Of a stretch of DNA of 64,000 nt, positions 13,758-26,370 are shown one piece after another; the stretch's first letter is position 1, and each line of letters opens with the position of its first letter. The notes under the pieces were generated by a model. It was given only the letters and a program-made list of their open reading frames with translations, was not told the DNA's origin and did not search any database. This DNA comes from Octopus bimaculoides. Lineage: Eukaryota. The stretch spans positions 103,717,053-103,781,052 of the forward strand of contig NC_068981.1 of the NCBI RefSeq assembly GCF_001194135.2. The letters are read 5' to 3'. Both the position numbers and the translations under genes were made by a program.

Positions 13758-14029
13758 TCTATAATGATAAAAGCGAAATTTTGTCTGTCCGTCTGGGGGT
13801 CCCTGTATCTTAACCTACATTTGTTCTATACAGACATATACTCTTCTGGAATCAGGATGATCCTGGGATTGAAAATCTGCCCTTCATTTGGTTCTTGGAC
13901 ATCCAGCATTAGGATCTGATTTTGGGTTGCTATTTTTTGCAGGTAAGGCTTGGCTGATTCACGTCGTCTTGGTTGGCGTTTGTCAGGAGCCAGCTTAAAA
14001 GTTGGCACGGAGTGCGGCTTTCAAGCTAG
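13758..14029 (+). mobile_element. Complete 272-bp non-autonomous Helitron
   Basis: A|TCTATAATGATAAAAGCGAAATTTTGTCTGTCC ... gcac-gga-gtgc mini hairpin ... CTAG|T. Canonical TC...CTAG ends in an AT target with no TSD. Confidence 0.8.
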
Positions 14030-14439
14030 TTACAAATGTAAAGGAAGAGAACGATCTATTGAATGCTTAGACAAATGTTTAAATGAAGTTCACGGCCTTT
14101 GCGTGTTTCTGAATGGCTAGCTGAGGTCTTCCACGCTGCAATCACAACAACAGTTATAGAACGGTTACATTCGCTTCGCAACTGCATAGCCATACTTATG
14201 TGGTTAAGAAGCGAACTTATGTGATTCCAGACGCATCGTAGTTATGTAAAAAGATTCCCTTTGGTCATGAATAACCATGGGTTTGCACTTAGTATTTTAC
14301 CCTCCAAGGCACAAGTCCGGGAAAAGTTGTTAATAGAAGACCAGCAGTCGCCCGTGCACACCAGCCTCCCCTCCACACGCCACCGATGTTATCGAAAGGA
14401 AAGGCAAAAGCCGATACAGCTCGGCACAAATGACATCGC

Positions 14440-15491
14440 AACTCATTTCTGGGTCACTATGCCGCAGAAGCTCTACGGAATATCAAGCGGGCCTTTGGTA
14501 ATGGTTTTGTTGACATCAGAACTGTTCAGAGATGGTTCTAAAAATCTATTTCAGATGATAGCCTTGAAAATAAACCAAGGAGGATGCCAAAATCAGTTAC
14601 TCGGCATGGTGGATTAAATGCTTTGGTTGAACAAAATCTGAGAACAACGATCCGAAAACTTTCATCAGAGCTCCAAACATCTCGCACAACTGTTTCTCGA
14701 CACCTAAAAAATTTCGAAAAGTCAAGAAAATGGGTAGGTTTGTTTCACATCAACTGAACGAGATTCAAAAAAGTAGGTGCCTCGAAGTGTGATCCTTATT
14801 GCTTTCTCGACTGGAAAAAGAACCATTTTTGCATCGAATAATTACATGTGATTAAAAAATGGATGCTCTTTGACAACAGCAAGAGGACAGGGCAGTGATT
14901 AGATGCAGGAGAGTCACCTAAACACTACCCAAACCACCATTGCACCCTAAAAAGTTAGTGGTCACTGTATGGTGGTCTGCGAAGGGAGTTATTAATTATT
15001 CATTTTTGCAACGAGGAAAAACGGTAACAGCAACATCCTATTACCAAGAAATTGATTGTATGCATTACAATTCGAAAAAGAAGCAACCTAGACTAATGAA
15101 CAGAGATGGCCCAATTTTTCTCTATGATAATGCACACACTTCTCAAGCTACGGTCCAAAAGTTGCAAAGCCTGAATTATGAGATTTTAAAACATCTTCCC
15201 AATTCCCCTGCTATCTCTCCGACTGATTATCACTTTTTAAAGCATTTTGAGCATTTCATACGCAATAAAACATTCTTAAACAGAGAAGAGGTAATTGATG
15301 CATACGGACAGTTCATCACAGCAAAAGATGAAATTTTTTTCATAAGGTAGCATATATTACTTGGAGAAACGTTGGGTAAAGGTCATAAATGAACATCGAT
15401 CATACTTTGATTAAATAAAACAGTTCTCTAACACTTCTGAGACATTCTATTGTTACCTTTCAAATACGACATTTCATGTGTGACAACCTAA
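14440..15491 (+). mobile_element. mariner transposon, 5'-truncated, transposase pseudogene
   Basis: RTVQRWF (HTH), SHQLNE (cf. WVPHEL), RIITCD, HPKKLVVTVWW, LYDNAH...SPAISPTDYHFL (D-D spacing 32 after a small deletion). The right TIR ends ...gtgtgacaacctaa and is followed by TA. No left TIR was found. Confidence 0.9.
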
Positions 15492-15971
15492 TAAATACCA
15501 TCGCAGGAGTGGCTGCATCTTGAGAAGCTCGCTTCTTAGATAAGCGATATCTGAAAGGTTGCCCGGATGGTCGCAGATGGAACTACAGCAACAAATTATG
15601 GTTTCAAATTTTGGCAAAGGACCAGCAATTTAAGGGACGAGGGTGGTCTATTACATCGACTCCAGTGCTCAACTAGTACTTATTTTATCGACCCCGAAAG
15701 GATTAAAAGCAAAGCCGACCTCGGCGGAATTTGAACTCATAACATAAAGAACCGGAAGAAATGCCGCTATGCATTTTGTCTGACACGCTTACAATTGTTC
15801 CAACTCGCCGTCTTAATCCTCTTGCGACATCCGGGCCGATTTATCGGCCTAGGTGATACATGCTGAAAGGACTTTGAGGCTGATCCATCGGCCCGATGAA
15901 ACAAACGTCTTGAAGTATAATAGCCTATCAGGGATCGTCTTTCAGTAGATATAATATAAAATTATATAATA

Positions 15972-16599
15972 CTTGCAGCTAAGCCCGGTTTCACCCGGAT
16001 GATGTGGCTGTAAAACCTGCTCTGTGTAAGCATTCGACTTGTTTGGGCACGCTTACGTTAAAAAACAATTTTTGAATGACTTTTTGTCAAAACGCTTGAA
16101 ATAACTGATCAACAAAAGAAAGAAACCAAGATTCAACCAATCAAAAAATAAACCCAAATACTAAGCGAACAAAGACGAACCATCCCACTTCCATTGCGCG
16201 CGCACACCTGTACACACACACGTGCACACACACACACACACACAGGTACGCACACACACATTCACATACACTCCTTTTACATACACACACATGTATTCAC
16301 ACAGTTGAAACGCTGTCTGATTTATTTTTTCAGCGTACAATTTTCATCATCCCACTACCAAGTATGACATCACTCCTTCCTTCCTTATTCATCTATCATC
16401 CCTTCCTTTCATAAACATAAGAGTATTATTATAGTAGATTATCTCGGTAACCATAGGAGCTATGAAAAAATACAAAGCCCAGCAACACCACCGGATCATT
16501 CTACACATCTATGTAATCTTTCGCGCAATTCTACCCAGCCGTTTGACCATGAATCCCAAGACAAGAAAGAATCAACCATGTCAAATTTATATGTATAGA
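15972..16599 (-). mobile_element. Near-complete 628-bp non-autonomous Helitron with internal (CA)n
   Basis: Minus strand A|TCTATACATATAAATTTG...ACGGCTGGGTAGAATT ... ccgggtgaaaccggg imperfect hairpin ... CAAG|T (a CTRR variant). Confidence 0.7.
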
Positions 16600-19500
16600 T
16601 ATATAGCTTTACATATTAATAAAATAGTTTTAAGCACTCTACCCTTTGTTTTCTACATGCACCCATCAATTTCAATCTCAACAGGAAAAAAGAAACGGTG
16701 GTTTGGCTACACATAGCAAACCACCGTTTGTCTCAAAAAGATTAACAAATTATAATGCTTTCAATGTTTGGTGCGAGGCCAGCAATTTTAGGGGCAATGA
16801 TTAATTGATTACCTCGACTAAAGAACTTGGCTGATACTTTATTTCATCGACTTCAAAACTTAGAACGTAAAGAGCTTGAACAAATGCCGCTAAGCATTTT
16901 GTCCGACGCGTTAACAATTCTGCTAGCTCTCCACTTTAACAAATTATAATGATAATGGTTGTTATTCTCATTTGTAACACAAGCATAAAGCCACACAGTT
17001 GAGGGAGGGAAGCAGTCGATTATATTGGTTCTTGATCGGTACTTTAATTTATCGACCCCGTAACGATGAAAACTAAAGCTAACGTCGGCAGGATTTGAGC
17101 TCAGAACATAAAGAGTTGGAACAAATATCGCAAGGCATTCGACGTCTAACAATTCAGTCAATCCACCACCGAAAATAATTGTTTCCAAGTTAGGAAGCGA
17201 GTTAGAAATACTGCAACGCTCCGATAATTCCGTCAATCGCCCATCCGTGAAATTTTAATTATAATTTCTAACATAGGTACAAAACCACAGATACGGAGGA
17301 AGAGGTTAGTCCGTTAATTATACCCTATACTTTACTAGTCGACAATGGAGGAATGAACGGCAAAGTTAACCTCGGTGCGAGTTGAGCCCAAAAGGTAAAT
17401 AGCCGTACTGCAAAGTATTTAGTCCCAAACTCTAATGATTTTGTAAATAATACTAAATAGAGTCAATTAGTTTTCAAAAAGTAACCCGTCTAGATAAAAG
17501 GGTAAAGTTAAGATACCCGGAGAAATGCATGCATTAAATATTTGGTTTCGGTTCTCTACATTCTTGAAATCTCTCCAGGATTGATGTCACTTCTCATTCT
17601 ACCCACTAATTTAGAGTAAGTACCTGTAATACACAGAGGCTCAATGCAATCTATTATACGTCTCCCTTTTCAACAATTGGCCTCGTACTTAAATGTAAAA
17701 TTCATAATGAACGTATTTCATAATATCAGTTCCTTAGACATTCTACAAAGACACTATATTTTAAAGGATGATAATGGAAGTTCTGTTATCTAAAGCTATT
17801 TTGCAACGAACAGAAATGAGTTTGCTTCTACCGAGATGTAATCACAATTTCTACAAGTCGCTGGCTAATTTATTTTGCAAGTGGCGCTTTCCAGAAGGCT
17901 AATCTGTACTGAGAGATGGATGAACGGTAGCGTTTAAAGATTCTGGTAGGGTTTGAACTTGAAATGTTATTTCTACAAGAGGAGGAGGGAGAGTACTTAT
18001 GATCATTTCAGGTTCTCTATGAACGGTGAAGTTTATGCAGTTCAACTTAAACGACTGTGGATCGATGATTGCAATAAAAACGTAATAGATTAAGCAGAAA
18101 GCTAGTGCAGAAAAGCAGCGGCAGTAGTAGCAGCGACCAGAGGGACAGAGTAGTAGTTTTAATGACACATGTTGAGAAAAGAAAACGCGCTCTTGTGAGG
18201 TCGTAGTTGAAGTATGTCGGCCAGCAAACGTTTGCCAAACAGCTGAATAAACTTCTTTTAGGTCTAGTCAAGGATTCAAGGATGATAGTGTATGTAGCAG
18301 TTGCCTCGTCTCAGATGTAGTAGCAGTATTACAGTGTAGGGTTTCACTTTCACAAGGTTAGGAACAACTCAGAGCTGGTTCTAAATCGGTATGAAATTAA
18401 GAGATACGTATGAAATTTCTTGAATTTTCAAAATTAAGAATATCACACATAATATTTGTGAAAATTAAATATCTAGATAAACACAAACGAACGTTTAATT
18501 CCATAAGAATCAAAAGCATTGAAGTAATAAATTAGTTCAATATAGTAAACATGATTATAAGATTAAACATATTGGTTATTTGAATATATTGGTGTCTAAA
18601 CTATACATACAAACATTAAAAAGTATTTATGGCTTAAAACATATATAATTTTATATTTATATTTAAATGCTTTAAAATATTTTCATGTTTAAAACGCATT
18701 AAAACTTCTAATGTTTAAAAACTTATACATTTAAGATTTAATAGGTTTACAAAATATTTAACATTGTTGAAGAGAAAAAGTTAGGTTAATGATTGCGAAT
18801 TATCACCAAATCTTTCGAGTGACAATCTGTTGGTTTCAAGATTATTTAATTTATCGTAGTCTAAACTACCACACATAATGTATACAGAAAGATTTCGTAC
18901 ATTTGGATTTGTCTGTGCTATAGTGACGTGAATGCTGACGGAGAAAGAAACCTATTTACTCTCATTCAGACCAGATCTTCAGGTGGATAAAAACTAGAAC
19001 GGAGTTATGGATAGGATTGTTAGTTTCATCCAGAAACAGTAGTGGCGAACGCATATATCGCATCTGTTATAATTTACTGTTTGACCATCATTCTTTACTT
19101 CGTTTTTTTTTTTTGTTGGCCAGATTAATGCAATTGCTCTTTCGCTTCTTATAGAATGCATGCGTTCTTTTGATCAGAAGCTTCATCTGCTGCCTTCAAT
19201 CCCTTCGCAGAGTTTTCAGTAAGTTGGTCGTGGTATATAAGATGTTGTCTAGAGTTCACAATTTTCTACAAGTCGGGAAAAGTGGCTGTGAGGTTTCAAA
19301 TGCTGAATTTTACAAGGGTTTAATGGTAGCTAAGAGCGACGCTGTTTTCGAAATCACATTGGGCGTTGATGAAGTTAAGAACTGTGAACTACACCCAGTA
19401 AAATTCTGGTCTGATAGTGCCAGCGAGAACATAGTCGGTTCTCTAAAATCTCTAAGTCAGTTACGTCTGTTGGAACTGTCTCAGTCAAGAGATGCACAAC

Positions 19501-20097
19501 GAAAGATGAAATCTTTGTGCATTCACTTTGACGAGTAGATTAATGCGAAACATGTGTTGCCGTGTGTTGGATGGATCTGTCTATCAGCTTCTTTCAGGCC
19601 GAGAAGGGTAGGAAGTTTTCATTTGTCTTGGGCCTATGGTGAAAGATTCTGCGGTAGACAACACTGAAAGGAGTGAGGAAAGTTTTCCACTTCGGTCAAA
19701 TTCTCATCAACTTCTGTAAGTTCTTTTTGAAGATGAAGGTAATGGTAGGGAAGTAGATGCTGCCCTCCTGTAAATTTACTGAAAGGTTGGTGAGAGTGAT
19801 GAAAATAGAATGTCAGAGAATGTCAGAGGGAATATTCCCAGCACGTAGGCCGGTAACCACAGTTGGGAAAGGTTATTTGCTTTGGACAGTAGGAGTATTT
19901 TGGATGTGTGGGACTCCTTCATTGGTCGTTGGTGACTGCTTCCAATAGATGTCCCTCGTTTAATTCCTCTTTGATACCATTATTTTCCTCTCCATTTTAT
20001 TCATAATCGATTCTGTTTAAACCCTGTTACTTTTTGTAATTTGTCTTTGTAATAGCTCATCATTAGTTGCTTATGTTGTCAAAAAAGAAATTATTGA

Positions 20098-20128
<31 letters not shown>

Positions 20129-20175
20129 ATTGCTTTTGGTGTTGGTGTTGTTGTTGTTGTTGTTGTTGTTGTTAT

Positions 20176-20390
20176 TGAGGCGGTGAACTGGCAGAATCGT
20201 TACCGCGCCGAGCAAAATGTTTAGCGGCATTTCGTCATTATGTTCTAAGTTGAAATTGCGCCGAAGTCAACTTTGCCATTCATCCTTTCGGGGTCGATAA
20301 AATAAGTATTCGTTGAATACTGGGGTGGGGGCGATGTAATCGACGTACCTCCTCCTCCGAAATTGCTGGCTTTGTGCCAAAATTTGAAAC

Positions 20391-20439
<49 letters not shown>
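20176..20439 (+). mobile_element. SINE family A, full length, (ATT)n tail
   Basis: gaggcggtgaactggcagaatcg...catcctttcggggtcgataaaataagt...aaatttgaaacc(att)n. Other plus copies at about 23381-23590, 26835-27050, 27251-27460 and 37495-37705. Confidence 0.85.
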
Positions 20440-20440
<1 letters not shown>

Positions 20441-22013
20441 GTGAGTGAGAGAGTAGTGCATGCCATCAAAGTGATATTGGGGTACAAATATACAAAGCCT
20501 AGTATACCTATCATGACTACCCGTCTAATAAGGGTACATCAGACACATGCATCACAACCATATGTGCGTGACATGGTAATCTCATCACTAGAAACATTGA
20601 AAACATTTTGCAAAATCCCAAGTTGAGGGCGAATTGCAGGCCAGTGATCTTAGAGCTGAATAGCAGTCAACACGATATTTTTAAGCAGATGTCTCCAAAA
20701 TGGGCGGAAGTGCACCATCCTGTGGTGTAAAGTGTAAGGATCTGGTATTAGAGGTGAAGAAAAAGGGAGCAATAGGGGGCGCCAAATGAGGAGCTCAGTG
20801 GCACTGAGCATTGCTCCCCAACTTTTCAATGAATCACCATCAGATTTAGAAGAAAAAAAACGTTTATAGAAAAAACGGTCTGAAAGACCAAGAATAAGGT
20901 TAAAAATTTACAAATAAAGCTGGTAAAAAATTCCTGGGGAAAATAATGGAAAGATGAAAGAAAAGATTCTGAACAAAAAACAAAAACAACGTCAATAACA
21001 AAAAAGTAAACTATAAGCAATGGCGACGAAAAAGTCCCTGATCACTTTTACTGCCATTGCTCTGGAGAGAACTGACCAGCATCTTCACCACCATTGCCGC
21101 CATGACCAATATATGTTCAGTCACAATGTGCAACTGGACCAGATTAGTCACAACTAGAATGAAACAAAGCGATTGGACCTCAGTAAGCTTAGCATTGGTA
21201 GAATCGTTAAAGCGTCAGAACGAAATACTTTGTAGAACTTATTCCTAACTTTCAGTGTTTTAATTTTAAATTCCACCGCGTTCAATTTTTTTCATTTTTC
21301 CAGCGTCGTTAACTAAAGTACCAGTTATGAGCGATGGATTGGCAAAATCACTTAGGTGCTTCGAGCAAGAGTTCATTTTGTTGCAAGCATTCAGTTCAGG
21401 TCTCTACGATTTCAGAATACTTATCTCCCTTTTACATTCCCACCAATTTCAGAGGTACAGTACAGCAGCGTGATGGGCACCGTTTCTTCCCCTCCTGGCT
21501 AAACGGTAAAATAATATATTGAACTATGATGCAAGCAAACCATGTATAACTATTCACAAAGCCTGCTACTTTCAAATTGTGTCGGAGAAAAATGAGAGCA
21601 GCAATATATGATGTTATGATGCCGATTGCCAGAAACTATTGGCAAAGGGAAACAATGATAGCAATTTCACCGATTAAACGTTACATTCATATGATATGCA
21701 TGAAATCAGAGGTCATGTAACTGGAACTCTGGTTTTAATTTCACTGGCTCCTCCCGAATCCAATTTGTCATTTGAACATAATATAAAACCATTTCGTTGA
21801 ACCAATGACTCAGTCAGACTTTGTGTCTTTGCCGTTGGCACCTTCTATCAGATTTCCTTCATCATAGCATTCTCGATATTTTCTTTTGCCCTTGTTGCTT
21901 ATGAAACTTCTACTGCTGGTGCTGCTGCTACTGCTGCTGCCGTTGTTTTTTATTTTATTTTTGAAAGTATCGATATGATTCATCATTCCCAAAAGAGCCT
22001 TCATTTTTCTCTC

Positions 22014-22055
<42 letters not shown>

Positions 22056-22942
22056 ACTTGTTTATCTGCCTATCTATTTATTCATCTATCTATCCATCTA
22101 TCTATCTATCTATCTATCTATCTATAGCTATCTATCTATCTCTAAGACAAAAAAAAAATTAGTATTGGCTTTACATACATGAATATAAATGATATAGTTC
22201 ACTGGCTTGCTTGGCTACAACACGGTTGCTTGTTTAATTTTCGTTTATATTATATTATTTTCTTTTTTGTTTTGTTCTTTGCTTTTTTTTATTTCGCTCT
22301 CTTTTTTTTTTTTAATATATAAAGAATTTTATGAATTTCGGCTAAAAATGAAAACAATGCAATTTAGATATTTTCATTCTGCCTAAAGACACAGACAGCG
22401 GGGAGTAAAGTAAGGCAAGCAGTCAGGCAGGCAGCAAGTCTTGCACACTGCACCTTCATGCTGTTGTTGGTTGTTGTTATTGTTATTATTCACCCATTAG
22501 TTTTTTGGTTGAATAGATTTTGTGCGCCAACCATTCGAAATTGATAGTGTTTTGTTGTTGTTGCTGCTGTTATTTTTTGCTTCAGAGTTATCTGTTACCA
22601 ATTTCTCATAAATCCTTGACAATTCTCTATTGACCACGATCTCTCCCCTCTAATTCACCCATTGTTGACACTGGTCTTATACACACATACATACATACAT
22701 ACTTACATATATATATANNNNNNNNNNNNNNNNNNNNNNNNNNNATATATATATGTATGTATACATATATACATACATATGTATGTATGTATGTATGTAT
22801 ATGGCGCCATGTGATCAGCAATGAGTCAAGTTTCTATATTTTGGTTGTAAAATGGTTCCGTTTGTTATACAACAGTCTTTTTATTAGTTTTTCTTTCTAT
22901 ATTTAATTCCTGTTTGTTTTACATTTCCTTCTACTCCCCCTC

Positions 22943-22993
<51 letters not shown>

Positions 22994-24216
22994 CATCGGT
23001 TTCCCTCTCTTTCACCCTTCTATATCTCTGTTTCTGTCTTTGTGTTCTTCTCTTTCAATCTCCATTTCTTTATTTCTTTCCCTCCACAAAACTGCGGTTC
23101 CACCATGTTCCCTACAATTTTGCTCACACTGCATATCAAATCCAGAGCAATTTCATAATTGCATTCTTCATATTTATTAGTTATTTTTATTTAGTCTGTT
23201 TGTTTGTTTTAATATCCCTCAGAAATATATTTTTAATAATGAAAACAAAAATGTATAATTTATATCAATTTTCTGGTATAGGTTTCTTTTGACAAAAGGA
23301 TTCCTTGCATATTCAAGGAGACAGAGATAAGAGTTTGCGATTGCTATACCTTTTCTTAAAGGTAATAGCGCCGCAAGGCTAAGGCAGCGAGCAGGCAGAA
23401 TCGTTGGTTTGCTGGGAAAATGCTTAGCGGCATTCCGTCTGCCGTTACGTTCTGAGTTCAAACTCCGCCCAGGTTGACTTTGCCTTTCATCCTTTCGGGG
23501 TCGATGAAATCAGTACCAGTTGAGCACTGGAGTCGATGTAAACGACTAACCCTCTCCCCCGAACTTGCCTTGGACCCAAATTTAAAACCAGTAGTGCCGC
23601 AAGACTCTTAAAGCTATTCAACCCAGGATATTATTTTCGTACAGCAAGGTTGATTCGTTAGATCGTCAGACAAAATGCCTTGAGCCACTTCTTCTAACTT
23701 TTTATGTTCTGGGTTCAAAAACTCTCAGAGGTCAACTTTGCCTGTCATCACTCTGTGATCATTAAAATAAAGTAACCTTCTCTCCCTCACAATTACTGAC
23801 CTCGTACCTCAATCAGAAATCATTATTTCCGTAAAGTCATAATAACCTTTCTACTATAGGCACAAGGGGAGCCCAGTACTCAGCTGATACTTTTTTTATC
23901 GACCTCGAAAGGATGAAAGGCAAAGTCGACCTCGGCAGAATGTGAACTCAGAATGTGAAGACGGGCGAAATACCGCTAAGCATTTCGCCCGGCGTGCTAA
24001 CGATTCTGCCAGCTCGCAACGAGAGCAATGTATGCTGCCCAAGCACAGATTTGATGCTACAAACTTATGATCAAAGGCATTCTCACCCTTACTATATGGT
24101 CTTTTGGCATCAAAGATAGAGTAGTTAAGATTACCATAACCTTTTCTTTCTTAAAACGGTAATATAAATGAGGACAACTTAGTTGTCTTTCAAGCAAGTC
24201 GGGCGACCAAACAGAA

Positions 24217-24573
24217 CAATATTTCTCAACCATTTTTGCCTATGGACCCCTTCGATTACTATTTTATTCTGGTGGGCCCCCATAGCCATTTAATGTTTAA
24301 TAACTGGTTTTCATAGATGCTTCTTTCGAAATACCTATTTTGTTTTTCACACATTCACTTATGTAGTTTGAACTGTGTATAATGTTAAAGAAAGAAACCA
24401 AGTTGTTTCTTGCATTGAACTCATCTAAGCCAACATCTTTCCATGGACCCTTAAAATACTGCTGTAGATCTCCAAATTACTATTTTGCTTGTGTGAATCC
24501 TTGAAAATATTATATGGATCCCTCGGGCCATATGGATCCCTCGGGCCATATGGACCCCGATTGAGAACCGCTG
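24217..24573. mobile_element. hAT (Charlie-like) MITE
   Basis: Imperfect TIRs caatatttctcaacc / gattgagaaccgctg, subterminal ggaccc motifs, and an internal 18-bp tandem duplication atatggatccctcgggcc. Confidence 0.55.
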
Positions 24574-25859
24574 AAATATGTAATTCTTGTTAGATTTATG
24601 ATAATAACTTAATCTTACATTGGTTGCCAAAATATGAAAAAAAAAATACACACCATAAAATAGTAGTTTTAATGAAATAATTTACAAAGAAAGTCAAATA
24701 TATTTATTAATTTTCATTTTTTTTCTTATTGTTTATGTTCAAAATCGAACCAACGATGGAGCTTCTACGAAGTTATTAGACTTACTAGAAATAGCAACCA
24801 AATCTTCCCCGAACTACACACACCATACCAACTTAGAAATGAAATCATTGGATAGTGCACTTGAAAAAGACTGCTTGGTCACAGCAAGAATGCCTTTGAT
24901 CAATCCACACCGGCCTGGGGTTAAACAACAGCAACATCTTGTATTAAAATGTTCTTCACTTTTCGATTCACAATTCTGCACATTGTTGTTCTTTTTTTAA
25001 CCCTAGGTTAGTCCTGATTATAGCTATTATCATCGCTCACCTATTTTTTAAGGCATTGTGTACACCAACTTACGTTATCCAACATGTTCTTTCTTTTTTA
25101 AGACGGTATGGTGTAATTTGAAAGAAATTTAGTTGTCATTTCTAGTAGGTCAATAACCAAGTGGAAGCTGCCTCGTTAACTTGTAAAATTTTTGCTTAAT
25201 TCTAGGTCATTCCCAATCATTCCACCTGCGACCATCCCGTCAATTAATGTATCCTTCCTGTTCTTAAAACTTTTGGATTTTATTTGAGGAAAATACGGCT
25301 GCTATCTTTAGCTAATGAAATGACTATGTCTAGTCAAAGGAGTGAAACAGTTTCTCAGAGACAGACATTAATGATCGAGTGAAAATGATAAAGTGAAGTT
25401 ATTTGAAGGGAAATCGAAACCGGGCCGCGAACATTCGGCTTCCTCTTGATCTAGCAAACTCAGAAGAATTACTGTCAATACTGTTATTTAATTTCGTTCA
25501 AATAGATTAATTATTCTGTCTCATCTAACAATCCTATTTCACTTCGTCTAACTCTGGTACTGTTTTATATCACACAATAGTACTATAATCTTCTTTAATG
25601 ACTCTGTTTTATCTCACTCAATTGGTCTATTATATACAATCAATATTTATCTTTTTCCTGAAGCGGTGGACTTGCAAACACGGGAAAGCGCTAGAATAAC
25701 AATACCTTTCAGATTTTTAATGTCGACGCTTTACTTTCTGAGTTCAAATAAAACCAGGACCGCCATCGAAAAATATTGACTAATGTCAATGTAATCAACC
25801 GTAACCCTAGCAAAGAAGTGTCACACATACACATACAAAGTGAAATGTCTTCTTATTGT

Positions 25860-26150
25860 TGTTGCTGTTGTCTCTATCCACTACGCTATTGCCTGGATCT
25901 CCGTTAGTTACGATGACGGTTCCAGCAAGTGGCTGAGTACTCCGCAGACACGTGTACCTTTAACGTAGTTTTCAGGGAGATTCAGCGTGACACAGAATGT
26001 GACAACGCTGGTTCTTTAAATGTACAACTTATTTTCGCTAGATGAATGGACTGGAGCAAAATGAAATAAAGTGACTTGCTCAAGGACACAATGCGCCGCT
26101 AAGAATCGAACTCACGACCGTGAGCTGAATACCCTGATCACTAAACCAAG
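25860..26150 (-). mobile_element. SINE family D copy (diverged)
   Basis: Shares gcaagtggctgagtactcc.cagacacgtgtacc.ttaacgtagtt...ttcagcgtgacacag with 921-1295. Confidence 0.7.
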
Positions 26151-26298
26151 CGCTTTCAGCCACGAAGCTACTTGGATTTTGATGTACTCTGATCAGTTGG
26201 TGACCGCTTGACCCCTGGAGAAATTCCTATTGCATTATGTTGTGTATATATAAGTATTGTTGGTTATATTTGTAGACAAATCAAAAATATCTATTCTT

Positions 26299-26370
26299 TA
26301 GCAGAGCGTAATTTCGATCTACGGACCTCTAGGTTATGGGTTCAGCACGCTTCCGCTGCGCCACTCTGCT
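26299..26370 (-). tRNA. tRNA-iMet(CAT), probably a pseudogene (broken anticodon stem)
   Basis: AGCAGAGTGGCGCAGCGGAAGCGTGCTGAACCCATAACCTAGAGGTCCGTAGATCGAAATTACGCTCTGCTA. Has the eukaryotic initiator A1:U72 pair and AUCGAAA T-loop. The anticodon stem is CTGAA/CCTAG instead of CTGGG/CCCAG. A TTTTT terminator lies about 12 nt downstream and no CCA is encoded. Confidence 0.85.

Noticed and set aside
17843-19280. Shared 20-mer cacaatt(t)tctacaagtcg at about 17843 and 19258
   Set aside because: Similarity does not extend into the flanks, so it is insufficient to call a duplication.
19170-19538. 122-aa plus-strand ORF
   Set aside because: It starts at a non-ATG codon, has no recognisable motif or splice context, and the opposite strand has no long frame.
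20660-20770. Possible CR1/L2 RT remnant (ILWCKV*GSGIRGE)
   Set aside because: There is only one short motif and it needs several frameshifts.
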